A stretch of 64,000 nucleotides of DNA from Callorhinchus milii. Taxonomy: Eukaryota. The notes under the pieces were generated by a model. It was not told the origin of the DNA, did no database searches, and was given only the letters and a program-made list of their open reading frames with translations. Made by a program: the position numbers and the translations under genes. Location: NCBI RefSeq assembly GCF_018977255.1, contig NW_024704743.1, positions 3,412,001 to 3,476,000 on the forward strand. Reading direction: 5' to 3'. Below, in pieces: positions 1 to 13,309 of the stretch; the first letter of the stretch is position 1; each line of letters starts with the position of its first letter.

Positions 1-619
1 CACCCATACGCACAGACACAGACTCACAGGCACAAACACATACAGTTCTGGTCCCCTTGACATAAGGCCCTAGAGCCAGTGCCGAGGAGAGCAACGGGGA
101 TGATCCTCAGTGTTGAAAGGAATGAGCTGTGATCTACGATTAGACGAGTTCGAGCTCTTCAGTCTCGGGAGAAGCCGACTCACAGGGGACCTCATAGAGT
201 TGTGTAACAGTGCAACTGGGATTAACAAAACAGCTATGGCTGTGGAGTGTGCAAATTGGCCCCCAGTCACGGCCCCAGTGCCCCGCTGAGGAAACACAGT
301 ATCTGGGACACTCTCCAGGCACTTCTGTAAATACTGTGAGTTTCTTTGACCTGTAGTGACCACTGTGTAGGGAAGTGGGCCAGAGAATCCCCCTGCGGGA
401 GGGAGACAATGACCTCTCTCTGGTTAACTATAATAATAATAATATTAATACTAATAATCCTTGCATTTGATATAAGGCTTTATCATGTCGTTGAGACATC
501 TCAAAGTGCTTCACAGAATGAAGAGATGGTGGTGGTGGGGGAGAGGTGGGGGAATGGGGGACAGGACACAGGGAGACAGAAACTCCCTTCTCTTTCTCGA
601 TGGATATTTAACGTCCACC

Positions 620-1130
620 TGAACAACAACAACTTACATTTATATAACGCCCTTCGCTCTGGGTAGCGTCCCACAGCACTTAACAGTGGCGGAGTCTGAC
701 CCCGAGCCGGGGGAGAGGGAAGGTGGGGGAGGTGACCATAAGCACCATCAAAAAGGAAGGCCTTGAGGCGGAATTTGAAAGTGGGGTGGGAGGGGGGCAA
801 GGCGGAGGGATTGAGGCAGAGAGTGCCAGAGTTTCGGGGCATAGTGACTGAAAGTGCGGCCGCCGATGGTGGAGCGGAGGGAACAAGGGATGAACAGAAG
901 GCTGGAGCCAGCCGAGCGGAGACAGCGGTCGGGGGGGCGGGGGGCTGGGTGAAGAGAAGGTGGGGGTGAGAGAGTCGGAAAGGTAGGGAGGTGCCAGGGC
1001 ATGAAGGGATTTGAAAATGGGAGAGAGGTTATTATTATTATAACTATCTTGAAGTCGATCCGTTCGGAAATTGGGAGCCAGTGCAGCCCGGCCAGGACTG
1101 GTGTGATGGGGACAGGCCCAGACAGGACCT
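620..1130 (-). mobile_element. L2-like LINE 3' fragment
   Basis: Degenerate RT C-terminus (IFKSLHALAPPYLSD..IGGRTFSHYAPKLW.SLP) and (gtt)n tail. Similar fragments at about 9050-9590, 21720-22080, 29860-30400, 40965-41310, 63570-63870 (-) and 28020-28460, 62600-63090 (+). Confidence 0.8.
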
Positions 1131-1299
1131 AAGGTTAACATCTCAGTGGGTGCGTGGTTAGGAGGGGGCGGCGGAGGGGAGGAATGACTAAGCTCAGGTC
1201 TCAAGTTCACCGAGACCCTGTATGGTCAGGGGCTGGTGCAGGGCTAGGTTTTCGGGGTGGGGGGGGGGTGGGGGGGAGTTGCTGGGAATGGTGTGACGT

Positions 1300-4240
1300 T
1301 CATGGAAGGCACAGGGAATTACAGGGGTCCCCGGAACGGAACAGGCTATACACACTGACCAGGGGGAACATGGTGAGAGCCCCCAGCATAGAGCCCAGCT
1401 GCACCACCGCTCCGCACAGTAGAAGGGCACTATGGCCTTCTTCTCGTAGAATCACCCCAATCATGACCTTCACGTAGGACAGACTCCCTGTGAACAGGGT
1501 CCACGACAGCACCTGGGAGACACAAAGGGAGCACACGTTACACGTCCTGCTCACAAGAGCGCAAACAGAGAAACCGGCTTAACACGGCATGGAGCGGTGG
1601 AAATTATAATAATAATAATAACCATAATAGTAATCCTTGCATTTGATATAGCGCCTTATCGCGTCTTCGAGACGTCTCAAAGCGCTTCACAGGATGCAAT
1701 ACACCGTAAAGTGTAGTGGCTGTATATTTTGTGGGCGAAATGCGGCAGCCCATTGCCCGCAGCAGTGTCCCACGAACAGTCGTGGATTGAAAATGACCAG
1801 ATTATCATTTTGGTTATATTTCTATTTATTTTTTGAAGGGGATCATTACCCCCGGAAAAGCGATCCGCCAATCAACTAAGATCCAGGTTCCTACTTACCC
1901 CGAGGTAAACAGAGGCGTGTGGAGTAAGGAAACCTGCCCAATGTTTTGCCCTGCCGGGAATCGAACCCAGTGTCCTCTCGCACCGCTCAAAGCCTCTTAT
2001 CCTGAACAGCGGGCGGTGTGGGGTGGGGTGGGGTGGGGTGGGGGGGGGTGCAGAGCTTACCATGAGGGCAGTGCCCGTGTGGGTGTGAACCAGCCAGGGG
2101 CAGGGGCTCAGCACGGCCATACCCATGATATAGGCACCAATTGTGGTGCCGGTCACCGTCAGCAACAACATCAACCGCAGAGACCTGCAATACAACCAGC
2201 GCAGCATCAGTTTGGGTTACTGAGGGGAGGGTCTAACACCTGCAGAAACCCGTCGTTGTTGCTTAAAGGGTATCCGAGCCACCCTGAGAATTCAATACTT
2301 CCCACCTAAACGTGGAAATCCCGGAGCTAGATTTCTGGGATGGGGCCACTGTTTGTTGCTCGGTGGGCGTTTACGTCCCTCGTTTCCGTGTGTTGAATGT
2401 TGCAGCAGAGACGGGTGTCTCTGAGGTGTAAGAGTTGGTGCGAGGAGTGTTAGTGACCGCACGAGAGGGAGCCGCGGTCGCAGGGATCACCGTCGGGAGG
2501 CAGCGGGAGCTGTACAAACCTGGCCGCTGAACCGTCATCTACCTACAGCGATAAAGACAAAATGTCTGTCCGTGTGTCTGTCCGACCGACATGATTTATA
2601 CCTCATCGGAAAGGTCTTGCGTGGGGAGTGTCATGGGCATATTTTATTGATTAGCTTATTTGGGTCATGAGAGGCGAACCCCGAAAAAAATATGCCTATG
2701 ACACTCCCCACTCCCTCTCATTCAGTCACTAACACTCCTCACACCGACTCTTACACCCCAGAGACACCCGGGGCCAGCTGACTTCTCCATTGCGACATTA
2801 ACCACACCTCACCTCCCAGTGACACCATCCCAATCACTGCTCTCACCCAGCTTCCTGCCCCCCTTCCTGTGTGTGTGGTGAGTATGGTATGTGCGTGCCT
2901 GTGTGTGGTGTGTGTTGCGTACGTGGTGATTACGGTGTGGTGTGTGTGTGGTGTATGCGGCGTGCAGGGCACGCTCTCACCTACCTGCTGGGCAGGAACA
3001 TGGCGAGGAAGCAGGCCAAAGGGTTGGCCATGGCGCCCAGCGTGGCTGACAGGTGGTAGGCCAGGCTGCCATAGGGCAGGCAGGAGTAGGACTGGACCGA
3101 GGGCAGCACTGCGTTGGTCAGCCCGTTCACCCAGGCCAGGACCAGGAAGATAAAGGTGGCTTGTGGCCAGGTGTAGTGTCCGGCTTGGAAGGTGCTGGGC
3201 CTCGCCTTGTACCAGCAGGAAGGCCTGCGGCTGATCATCGGTCTCTGTTCCGGCTCTGGTTCTGGCTCCCTCTCGGTGTCTCTCTCCCTTTCTGGCTCCT
3301 GCTCAGTCTCTGTGTCTCGCTCGTTCTCCAGCTGCCGCACCCGCTCCCTCTCCCTCTCTGGGTCTCGCTCCTCCACTGGCTCTGGCTTGGTGCTCCTGTC
3401 GGCTTCCCCACCGGGGCAGGCGGGCGAATGTTTGCCGTACTTGCCCGGCGTGCGGTGGTGTTGTTGGTGATGACGGCGGGCGAGCGGCAGGTGGTTGAGG
3501 AGCCCGAAGGCCATCAGACACATCAGCATCATCCCCGCCAGCAGGAAGAAGAAGACCCGGGGTGAGAAATTGGCTGGTTGGTAATGGGCGACCAGCTTTG
3601 TCAAGGTCAGGTTGGCATCGGTGAGGTTGGCCATGGTGGCGGTGGTGTTGGTGTTGATGATGACGCTGTTGATGGTGGTGATGTTGTGGACGTCGGTGTT
3701 AATGGCATTGGTGTTGCCGATGACGGTGACATTGTCCTGGTGGCACGTGACCACGCCCACGCCCTGTGCCAGGGCCACCAGGGCGGGCACTAACCCGCTC
3801 AGGCCCTCCCCGGTGTAGTAACTGGTCAGGTAGCGGGCTTGCAGGCGGCTCATGAAGGGCAGGAAAGTGACGGAGGAGGTGCAGTCCACCAGCGACAGGA
3901 AGAAGGCGAGCGCCAGCAGCGCCGTGCTGTGCCGCTCCCCGCCCACCATGCCCGTCTCCTTCCAGAACAGGGCGACCAGCAGGCAGGAGACCACGCCGAG
4001 GCACACAATGGCGTACACCACCCGCGTCTCGGGCAGCCAGCCCGGCCGGAAGCGGTGCAGGAGGGTGACCAGCAGGGGGCCCACGTTGGCCAGCTGGATG
4101 AGGATGGTGAGGTAGGAGGGCAGGTACCAGCCTTCGGGGGTCTCGGGCACCAGCAACGGCAGCTCCACCCACAGTCCGTTAATGGCCACCCAGGACCCCA
4201 GGCCGAAGAGGGCGGACAGCACGTGGAGCAGCAGCGCCAT
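1300..4240 (-). CDS. SLC52A3: Riboflavin transporter, SLC52A3 (RFVT3)-like paralogue, 530 aa, 3 coding exons
   Basis: Exons 4240-2985 (ATG..PS-AG|gtaggt), 2184-2061 (ttgcag|G..ATG|gtaagc), 1512-1300 (cccag|GTG..TGA); 1593 nt in frame. The N-terminus [50 protein letters not shown] is closer to SLC52A3 than to SLC52A2. Family motifs [32 protein letters not shown]. Strict orthology to SLC52A3 not established. Confidence 0.88.
2412..2770. repeat. Nested inverted repeats (fold-back element)
   Basis: 2412-2457 pairs with 2725-2770 (43/46 matches); 2621-2645 pairs with 2687-2711 (24/25 matches). Confidence 0.8.
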
Positions 4241-5564
4241 GGCTGGCTGACTGGCTCGCCCCGTAGGGGCACGGACACTCCACACTCAGCCTCCGCCACC
4301 GGTCGCCAGCTGGTTCTCGCTCTGCGGAGAGGCGACGAAGACACCGTTCACTTCCTCTGTCCGCAAAGCTCCTGTCTGTCAGCAATCCTCAGGTGCCCTG
4401 GCACCTCCCAACCTCTCTGACCTGCTTACCCACACAGCCCAACCCCGCCCGCCACCACCCGCTGCCTCCATTCGACTGGCTCTGGCCTCCTACATGTCCC
4501 TCGTGCCCTCTGCTCCACTATCGGTGACTGGGCTTTCAGCCATTACTCCCCCAAACTGTGGAACACTCTCCCTCTATTCCTCTTCCACAATACTCCAACT
4601 AAGGCCTAACCCGTGACTTAAAAAGGTTTAGCAGAGGTTCCTTGCTTTTGTACTCTAAGCCTTTGTTTATAAAGCCAAGGATCCCATATGTTTTTTTTAA
4701 ACAGCTCTACAACAACACCAACAACAACTTGCATTTATATAGCGTCCGTCATGCAGGGCGCTCGACAGTGGCGGAGCACGATGCCGACATGTAACTCCAT
4801 CAACCTACCTACCAACGCGCACCCTTACACACACGCGCACCCCTACGCACTCATGCACCCCCCCACACACACCACACGCGCCTACACCCACACACATGCG
4901 CACTCCCACACACACATTCACACGCTCACACACATACACACACACCCATACACACATATTCACGCGCCCACACACGCACACTGACCCACACCCACATGCC
5001 CACACACCCACATGCCCACATGCCCACACACGCAAGCACACACCCACTTTCTCAGTCTGTAGCGCTCTCACCTCAGGAGGTTGTGGGTTCGGGCTCCAAC
5101 GTTGAGACTCACAGTCTAGGCTGACGCTGCAATGTAACGCTGGGGGTGGGCGCCTTGTCAGAGGTGCCGTCCTTCGGCTGAGACATTAAACTGAGGTCCT
5201 GTCTGTGTCTGTTCAGGTGGACGTTAAATATCCCGCGATCAGAAATACAAGGGATTTTCACTCTCTCTGCTGGAGTGAGTCCTGGCTGACAATCCCCCGG
5301 ATAGAATTGGTCACTCACTTTATGGCTGTTTGCGAGACAAAATACAAAATACACAGTCACTTTATAGTAAAACCCCGTGAATCACTTTGGGATGCGGTGA
5401 AAGGACGACGACAACATATCAAATGATTAGCATATTAATTCACTGGGTAAAATATGGAAGGGTGTTAAATCTCACTCCCTGTTCTGCGTTGAGCTTGTCA
5501 GAGGTGCCGTCCTTCACAGAAGTTAAACCCAGATCGTGCTCAAGTGGAGGTTAAAGATCCCGCG

Positions 5565-5890
5565 GTGGAGTCCTGTAGCTCAGTGGTTAGAGCACTCGCT
5601 TTGCAAGTGAGAGACCTGAGTTCAATTCCAGGCAGAGGGCGAAACCTTGGGCAAGTTTCCTTACTCCACACAGAGCCTAATAATAATCCCTCCAAAAAAC
5701 CAAAACAATTAAATTGGTCATTTTCAATCTACGACTGTTTGTGGGACATTGCTGTGCGCAATTGGCTGCCGCGTTGGCCCACAAATATACAGTCAATTCA
5801 CTTTACAGTGTGTTCTGTGAAGAGCTTTGGGACGTCCTCCCGACGTGAAAAGCGCTATATCAAATGCAAGGATTATTATTATTATTATTT
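5565..5890 (+). mobile_element. tRNA-derived SINE, short (internally deleted) subfamily
   Basis: Head ggagtcctgtagctcagtggttagagcactcgctttgcaag..gttcaattcc with Pol III A/B boxes; tail gcgctatatcaaatgcaaggattatt(att)n. Confidence 0.85.
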
Positions 5891-7926
5891 ATTATTCGAG
5901 AAGAGAAGGGAGTTTATCTCTCTCTCTCTCTCCCGGTGTCCTGCCCGACAATTCCCCCAGATAGAATCGGTCAATCCAATTTCTTATCCATAGCTGCCTG
6001 CGGGACGAAGCTGTGCACAAATTGGCCGCAGCGTTTCACCCACAAAATATAACGATAATAATCCTTGCATTTGACGTATCGCCTTCGAGACGTCTCAAAG
6101 CGCTTCACAGGATATGCTGCAAAGTGAATTGACTGTGCGTGTGTGGGCCAAACGCGACAGCCGCGTCCCACAAACAGTCGCGGATTGAGTGACCAAATTA
6201 TTATTAATTTTTAAAATGTATTTATTGTTCTGAAGGGATGATTACCCCCCGGGAAAAGCAATCTGCCAATTGACTAACAACCGGGTTCCTACTTACCGCT
6301 GGATACTGCGAAGCGAGCGCTCTAACCACTGAGCAAGTGGACTCCGCAAACACACAGTCACTGCACTTTGCAGTCCATCCTGTGAGATGCTTTTTGAGAC
6401 GTTGACGTCGAAGACACTGCGATTTAATAATAATATTTTTTGATCTGATACAGGGACTTATCATGTCATCGAAACGTCTCGGAGCACCGCTCAGGCTTTC
6501 ACAAACCCAAAACCTGTATTTTTGTACACAGCAAAAGTCCTTCAAACAGCCGAGAAGTAAATGACTCATTCTATTTGAGGGATTCTAGGCCAGGGCAGCG
6601 GGAGAGAGAAACTCCCTTTTCTTATCCAATAGTAAGTGTGCTCCCTGTGAATTAGCACAGGTTAAAGAACCACATTGCAGTGGATAAAATTAGGCCGACA
6701 TTATCGCAGTTAGTAACTCAAATTTACAAGACAAGTTTGACTCTCAATGAACCTCTTGTTAATGTTTTGCTGTGTTACACTTTATTCCATAACTCAGATC
6801 GTTTACCAATTAGGTCCATCGAGTGTATTGGAATGACATCAAACGCAGAAAAACATGGAAATAATTCAGCCCAACTCGTCCGTGCCAGTGATACAAGTCT
6901 CTTGTTTCTTCTCCCGCGTCTCCTCTGTTCCCTTCAGTGTTGAGGGGGGAACGCTGCATTGTCAGAGTCGCTGTCCTTCGGATGAGACGTTAAACCAAGG
7001 CTCGAGCTGTGCCTCTTCAGATGGATGTTAAAGATCCCGTGGTACTATTGGGAAAGAGGAGTATCTTTCTCTCTCCCACTATCCTGGCCAACGATCCCCC
7101 AGATAAAGTTTGTAGGACACGACTGTCCACAAATTGGCTGCTGTGTTTTGCCCCAAAATACAGTTACCCCACTTTACAGTAAATCCTGTGAAGAACTTTG
7201 GGAGGTGCTCCTGATGTGAAAGGCGCTCTGTTAAACGTTGATTCTGGTTATTATAAGTTGCCTTCGCATTCGAGGGCAAGGGGAATAGCGTGGGAGGGGG
7301 ATGGGACTAGCAGGGGGAGGGGGATAGTAGGGGAGGGAGAGGGGAATAACCAGGGTGATGCGGGGGGGAGAGACTTTGGGAAAGGATACGACGAGAGAAC
7401 CCTTTCTAGATCTCAGGGAAAGACAGAGGGAACGGGACGAAGCCCGGCAGCAGCGACAACAACTTGACTTGGAGATATATTCTCTCAGGAAGAGATGCCG
7501 GTCGGGCGGGGGGGGGTGGGGGGGGGGGGGGGGTGAGAAAGGAAAAGAGAGGCTGGTCGGATTATGGACGTTAAGATTCTAAAGGGACGAGATACTGTAG
7601 ACCAACATAAACCATAAACTGTTATATCCTGTACTGAATGGTAGAACCAGAGGACACACAGCCTCCAATTGAAATTGGGTAAATTCCGTACAAATACGCG
7701 ACAAATACTACTTCGCTTATGGAACGGGGCTCCCGAGGGAGACGGATCGTAGAAGCTTAAAGTGTTGTTTGTTTCAAGAAGAAATTAGATCGATTTCTGC
7801 TAGAAAATATTACCTGAGGATACGGTATACAGTTTGGGACACGGACATGTCAAGCGACCGCCAGGGACGGTGGAAGGCGAATGAGATGAACGGCGATCTT
7901 TATCCGCCAGCAAATTCTTATGTTCT

Positions 7927-7929
<3 letters not shown>

Positions 7930-7959
<30 letters not shown>

Positions 7960-8263
7960 CCTTGCATTTGATATAGCGCTTTTCACGTCGGGAGGACGTC
8001 CCAAAGCGCTTCACAGAATATACTGTAAAGTGAATTGACTGTATATTTGTGGGCGAACGCGGCAGCCAATTGCGCACAGCAATGTCCCACAAACAGTCGT
8101 GGATTGAAAATGACCAATTTATTATTGTTTTTTGGTTTTTGGAGGGATTATTATTAGGCGTGTGGAGTAAGGAAACTTGCCCAAGGTTTCGCCCTGCCTG
8201 GAATTGAACTCAGGTCTCTCACTTGCAAAGCGAGTGCTCTAACCACTGAGCTACAGGACTCCA
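7930..8263 (-). mobile_element. tRNA-derived SINE, short subfamily
   Basis: Reverse complement of the 5565 element; abuts a LINE tail (ttcttatgttctt). Confidence 0.85.
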
Positions 8264-8550
8264 CAGGACTCTACAGGACTTGCGTGACTGAGTGTCACAC
8301 AAAGAGAAAGAGAAGCTGACAGTGTGTGTGTGTGTGAGAGTGTCAGACTGTGTGTGTGCGTGTGCGCGCGCGCGTGTGTGTGTGTGTCACAGAGAGTGAG
8401 AGAGAAGCTGACGGTGTGAGACTGTGTGAGTGGGTCACACGGAGTGACTTTGTAAGGATTCACCCTGAGGGTTACTGAGCAGTAATGAGCAACAACAACA
8501 ACAACTTGCATTTATATCGCACTCTCGAGTGGAAACCGTCAGTCACTCAC

Positions 8551-8900
8551 CTCCATGTGGTCGGGATCCTCAGTGTAGCCGCACACAGAGACCGTGTCAG
8601 CGTATGCGTGTGTGTGTGTGTGTGTGTGTGTGCGTGAGAGCTTGCGTCAGAGTGACAGACAGACCGGTTTTGCGTCTCTTCCTCATTACAGCAGACGAGG
8701 GGGTGGGGAACTTGAGTCACAGAACAGTCGAATCAGCCTACAGCTGCTCCACAATGAGAGGTGTTTCCTCGGCTTCAGCTTCTTACTGTGCCTGAGTGAG
8801 AGTGTGTGCGAGAGAGAGAGAGAGAGAGAGAGAGACAGGAAAGAGTGCAGGCAAATAGCTGGCACTGAATACACAGCCCAGCTTCCTCCTGCGAGAGTAC
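8551..8900 (-). promoter_or_regulatory. Candidate non-coding first exon/promoter of the SLC52A3-like gene
   Basis: Consensus donor GAG|gtgagt at 8551/8550 in mostly non-TE sequence; strong acceptor cctctccgcag| at 4322, 81 nt upstream of the ATG. The pairing is inferred. Confidence 0.4.
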
Positions 8901-11094
8901 GTGCGGGTGGTGTGAGCGTGTGTCTCGATCCCAGGACGGAGAATCACGACAGAGGTTGAGAGAGAATGCAGGGGGCAGGAGCATTCACCATAATAATCCT
9001 TGCGTTTGATACAGCGCCTTGTCATGCCGTCAAGACAACAACTACAACAAATGACATTTACGCGGCGCCTTTCGCGTCCAAAGGCGCTGAATAGAGAGGG
9101 ATTTGGACGCAAGGCTGGGGTTGGGATTAGGAGGGCTGGAGGGTAGGAGTTGGAGGGTGGCCGAAGGCAACATCGAAGAGGGGGGGGGGTCTTGAGACGT
9201 GCCTTCAACAGGCAAAGGAGGGGGCGATGTGAAGGGACTGTGGGATAGAGTTTCGAAGGGTGGGGGCAGAGGGGCTGAAGCCCCGAGCGCCAATGGTGGG
9301 ATGGGCCGGTGGTGGTGGAGCAGGCCAGAGCTCTGCTGAGCGGAGGAAGAGAACAGGTTGACATGGAGTCAGTAGGTCACTGAGGTAGGAAGGAGCAAGG
9401 CCGTGGGGGGCTTTGAAGGCGAGGTCGAAGATTTTGAACTCTATCCGCTGGGGGACGGGGAGGGAGCCAGTGGAGCCGGGCGAGGGAGGGGGTGATAGGG
9501 TCATGGAGCCCAGTGCGGGAGGGGGAGGACACGAGCTGCAGAGTTCTGGATGACCCGCAGCTTGCGGAGGGGAGAGTTGGGAAAGCTGACAAGACATCTC
9601 AAAGCGCTTCACCGAATATATTGTGAAGTGCAGTGGACTGTATGTTTTGTTCGTACAACGTGGTAGCCCATTTGCGCGCAGCAGTGTCCCGCAAACAGCC
9701 ACAGAGCGAGTGATTTATTTTCTGGGATTGGTCGCCCAGGATAAGCTGTTTCATCTTGCGCTGAAAAGTAGAACCAGAGGACACGGCCCGCGATTGAAAG
9801 GGGGGTCAATTCAGAACAAATCTACGGAAGCGCTACTCGGTGAGCGAGTGGTAAACTTCTGGAAACAGGCTCCCGAGGGAGACAGACGGTGGAAGCAGCA
9901 AATGTTGTTTCTTTCAAGAACAAATGAGATAGGTTCCTGCAAGAAAATAATATCTGGGGATATATAGTATATAGCTTGGGTCACGACATGTTGAGCGATG
10001 GCCGGGATGGTGGAAGGCGAACCTGAATGGTCCTTGTCGGCAAATTCTTATGTTCTTAGGACATCAGCAGAGAGAAATTCCCTTCTCTGGTTGAGTTGTC
10101 AGGAAGTGTGATGACATTAATAAGAGGCATCGCATTGTCGGAGGTGCCGTCCATTGGGTGAGACGTTGAATCCAGGTCCCAGGCGGACGCTAAGGCACAA
10201 TTGAGAGGAGAAAGGTTCTCCCATAAAAACGTCTCAAACCTAAGTATATAATCCTTGCATTTGATACGGCGCCTTCTCCCGTCTTCAAGACGCCTCAAAG
10301 CGCTTCACAGAATATACTGCAAAGCGAATTGTATGCTTTGTGGGCGCTTGTTGTGCCCAGCGGCGTCCCAACAACAGTCGTGGACCGAGTGACCAATTTT
10401 ATTTATTTATTTCGAAGGTATTATTACCCCCGGAAAAGCGATCCACTAATCGGCTAACAACTGGGTTCCTACGTACTGCCAAGGTGAACAGAGGTGTGTG
10501 GAGTACGGAAACTTGCCGAAGGTTTCACCCTGCCCGCGAATCGAACCCACATCCTCTCCCTTGCGAGATGAGCGCACTAACCACTAACCACTAACCCACT
10601 GGACTCACGTAGAGTATGGCTGAAGCAAGATAAACCCTTAGCTTAGGTTGGCTCCTCATTAAACCATTTACGTTGCATGTGACGTGCTGAGCCCTGGTCT
10701 GCAAATTGAATAACTTGATCTTTAATATTAGATTTGCTGACCCTGTCATTGCCAATTTTCTCACAGGATGTGTGTGTAGTCCTGGCCTGAGACGTGGGGA
10801 GATGGGGGATGGGAGGGTGGGGTGGGGGGAAGAGAGAGGGAGCGAGAGAGAGTGAGAGCGAATGGGAAGAAAGAGCAAGAGAAGGGGAGAGAGTGAATCC
10901 GCATAGGAGGGGGGGAGAGAGATGGGTAGGGGGGGGGGGAGGGGGGAGAGAATCAGTGTGGGGAGGGGGAGAGAGAGAGAGAGAGAGAGCGAAGGGGGGT
11001 GGGGGAGAGAGCGAAGGGTGAGAGAGTGAGGGAGAAAGAGAGGTGGGAGAAAGAGGGGAGAGAATCAGTGTGGGGTGGGCGGAGGGCGGTGGGG

Positions 11095-11134
<40 letters not shown>

Positions 11135-13309
11135 AGGTAAGAATAAAGGAATAGAGGCAGCATACAGCTGTTGGAACAACAACAGCAGCAGCAACAAACG
11201 GCACTTGTTTGCACAGGGCCTTTCCTCTTAGGAAGATGTCCCGCGGCTTATTATTATATTGTCAGTCTATCAGGTTCTTGGCAGATATTTCAATTCAATT
11301 GGGATCAGGAAATGAGTTGATTTTTATAGCTCCATCACGCGCCAATTTGTGAAAGCGTTTCCCTGCGACGCGGAGTCCTGGAGCCTCGACGGTTAAGGGC
11401 TCTCGCCTCGCGAGCGAGCGAGAGCACCTGGTTTTGATTCCCGGGGTCAGGGAGAATTCCCGGTCGGCCAGTTTCCTCGCTCCGCACGCCTCTCTGGCTG
11501 ACCTAGCGGCCAGTAGTCGATTGGCGGATCGCTCTTCCGGGGGGAGGTGGGGGAATAATCCCTTCGAGAAAAATAAATAATAATAATTGGGTCGCTCGAT
11601 CCACGACGGTTTGTGAGACGCTGCGGCGGGCAATTGGCTGCCGGGTTTCGCCCACAAAATATGCAGTCAATTTACCTTACGCTATATTCTGTGAAGAGTT
11701 TTGAGACGCCTCGAAGACGCGATGAGGGGCAATATCAAATGCGAGGATTATTACTGCTATGTTTAACTATATGTGGTCGGCCCACAGCCAGGAGATCAGC
11801 CATTAATCTGGGGGATTGTCGGCCAGGACACCGGGAAAAGCTCCCTGATCTTTTCCACCAGCTCCGTGGGATCGTTCAGCGTCCACCTGAACAGAGACAG
11901 ACTGGACCTCAGTTTAATGTCCACTCTAAAGGATGGCATCTCCGACAGTGCTCCTCACAGCACTGCACTGTGGAGCGTAACCTGGACTGTGATCTTTAAG
12001 AGGCCCGATGTGGGGCTCCATCCCACAACCTCCTGACCAAACCTTTCTGTTGCGCTCTTTCCGTCTGTCTCACTTTCTGTCTCTCTCTCACTCTCTCTGT
12101 CTCTCAATCTCTCACTCTCTGTCTTACTCCCTCCGTCAGACTATCTCCCTGTCTCACTCTGTCTTTCTTCCGCTCTCCGTCAGTCTCTCTCCCTGTCTCA
12201 CTTCCTCTGTCTCACTCCCTGTGCCTGTCTCACACTCTTGTTTGTCTCTCTCCCTCTCCCTCTCTGTCTGTCTCACTCCCTCTGTCTGTCTCACTCCCTC
12301 TGTCTGTCCCACTCCCTCTGTGTCTCACTCCCTCTGTCTGGCTCTCTCCGTCTCATTCTCTATCTCCCTGTCTCAGTCTTTCTCTCTCACTTCGTCTGAA
12401 TCACTCACTCTGTCCGTCTCTATCTCTCTCTCTCCTCCCGTCTCACTCTCTACGTCTGCCTCACTCTGTCTCTTTCCGTGACTCGCTCTCGCTCTCTGTC
12501 TCTCTCTGTCAGTCTCAGTCTCTGGATCCACTGCTGTTGGTGTCCTTGAGTGTGACACAGTGTGTATCTGGGAGCTCGTGCCAGGCAATGGATACGGTCA
12601 TAATCTCTCGCTGATACGATGTTCTGCTGCGGCATTGATTAGATGCACACGCGCATCTCCTTCACCTTTACTCTGACCCGCGCTCAGCTCCCGTCTCACC
12701 TCGGCTTGCGGCGAGACGTCTCACAAGTGCAACACTTTTGACGGGCCGGTTCGCACGCAGCAGTGTCCCACAAACAGCCATGGAGCGAGTGACCGACCGT
12801 GCATAAGGGGGGGGGGTTCGCCCACAAATATACGGTCAATTCCCTTTACAGTCTATTCTGCGACGCGCTTTGAGACGTCGAGATCAAGGCGCTGTATCAA
12901 ATGCAAGGATTATTATTATTATTATTATTATTGTCGGCCAGGACATCGGGAGAGAGAGAGAAACTTCCTTCTCTTTTCCAATAGCCCCGCGGGACCTTTA
13001 ACGTCCACCTGAACAGGCACAGACGGGACCTCAGAAGGACAGCGTCTCCAACAGTGCAGTGCTTCCCCAGCAATAGACTGGAGTGTCACCTTAGACCGCA
13101 TGAGTTTCATGGGGCTTGAACCACAACCTCGAGAGGTGAGAGCGCTACCATTGACCCACATATTGCTGTGCAGTCTTAGGAAATCGAGGGTTAAGTAAAT
13201 AATTCCTGTAAACACGCCGGGCATTAAACCTGTGACCAATGATTCCTTATTCCTCACCGCGTGACTCAGAACCTCTCAGCCAGGATAAAGTGACCCTTAT
13301 CACTGCTAA

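Noticed and set aside
3053..4420. Antisense and alternative-frame ORFs over SLC52 exons (also over FBXL6 and SMPD5)
   Set aside because: Expected shadow ORFs of GC3-rich coding exons.
5565..5640. tRNA-Ala(TGC)-like sequence
   Set aside because: It is the head of a high-copy SINE and continues into the SINE body and tail in every copy; not called as a tRNA gene.
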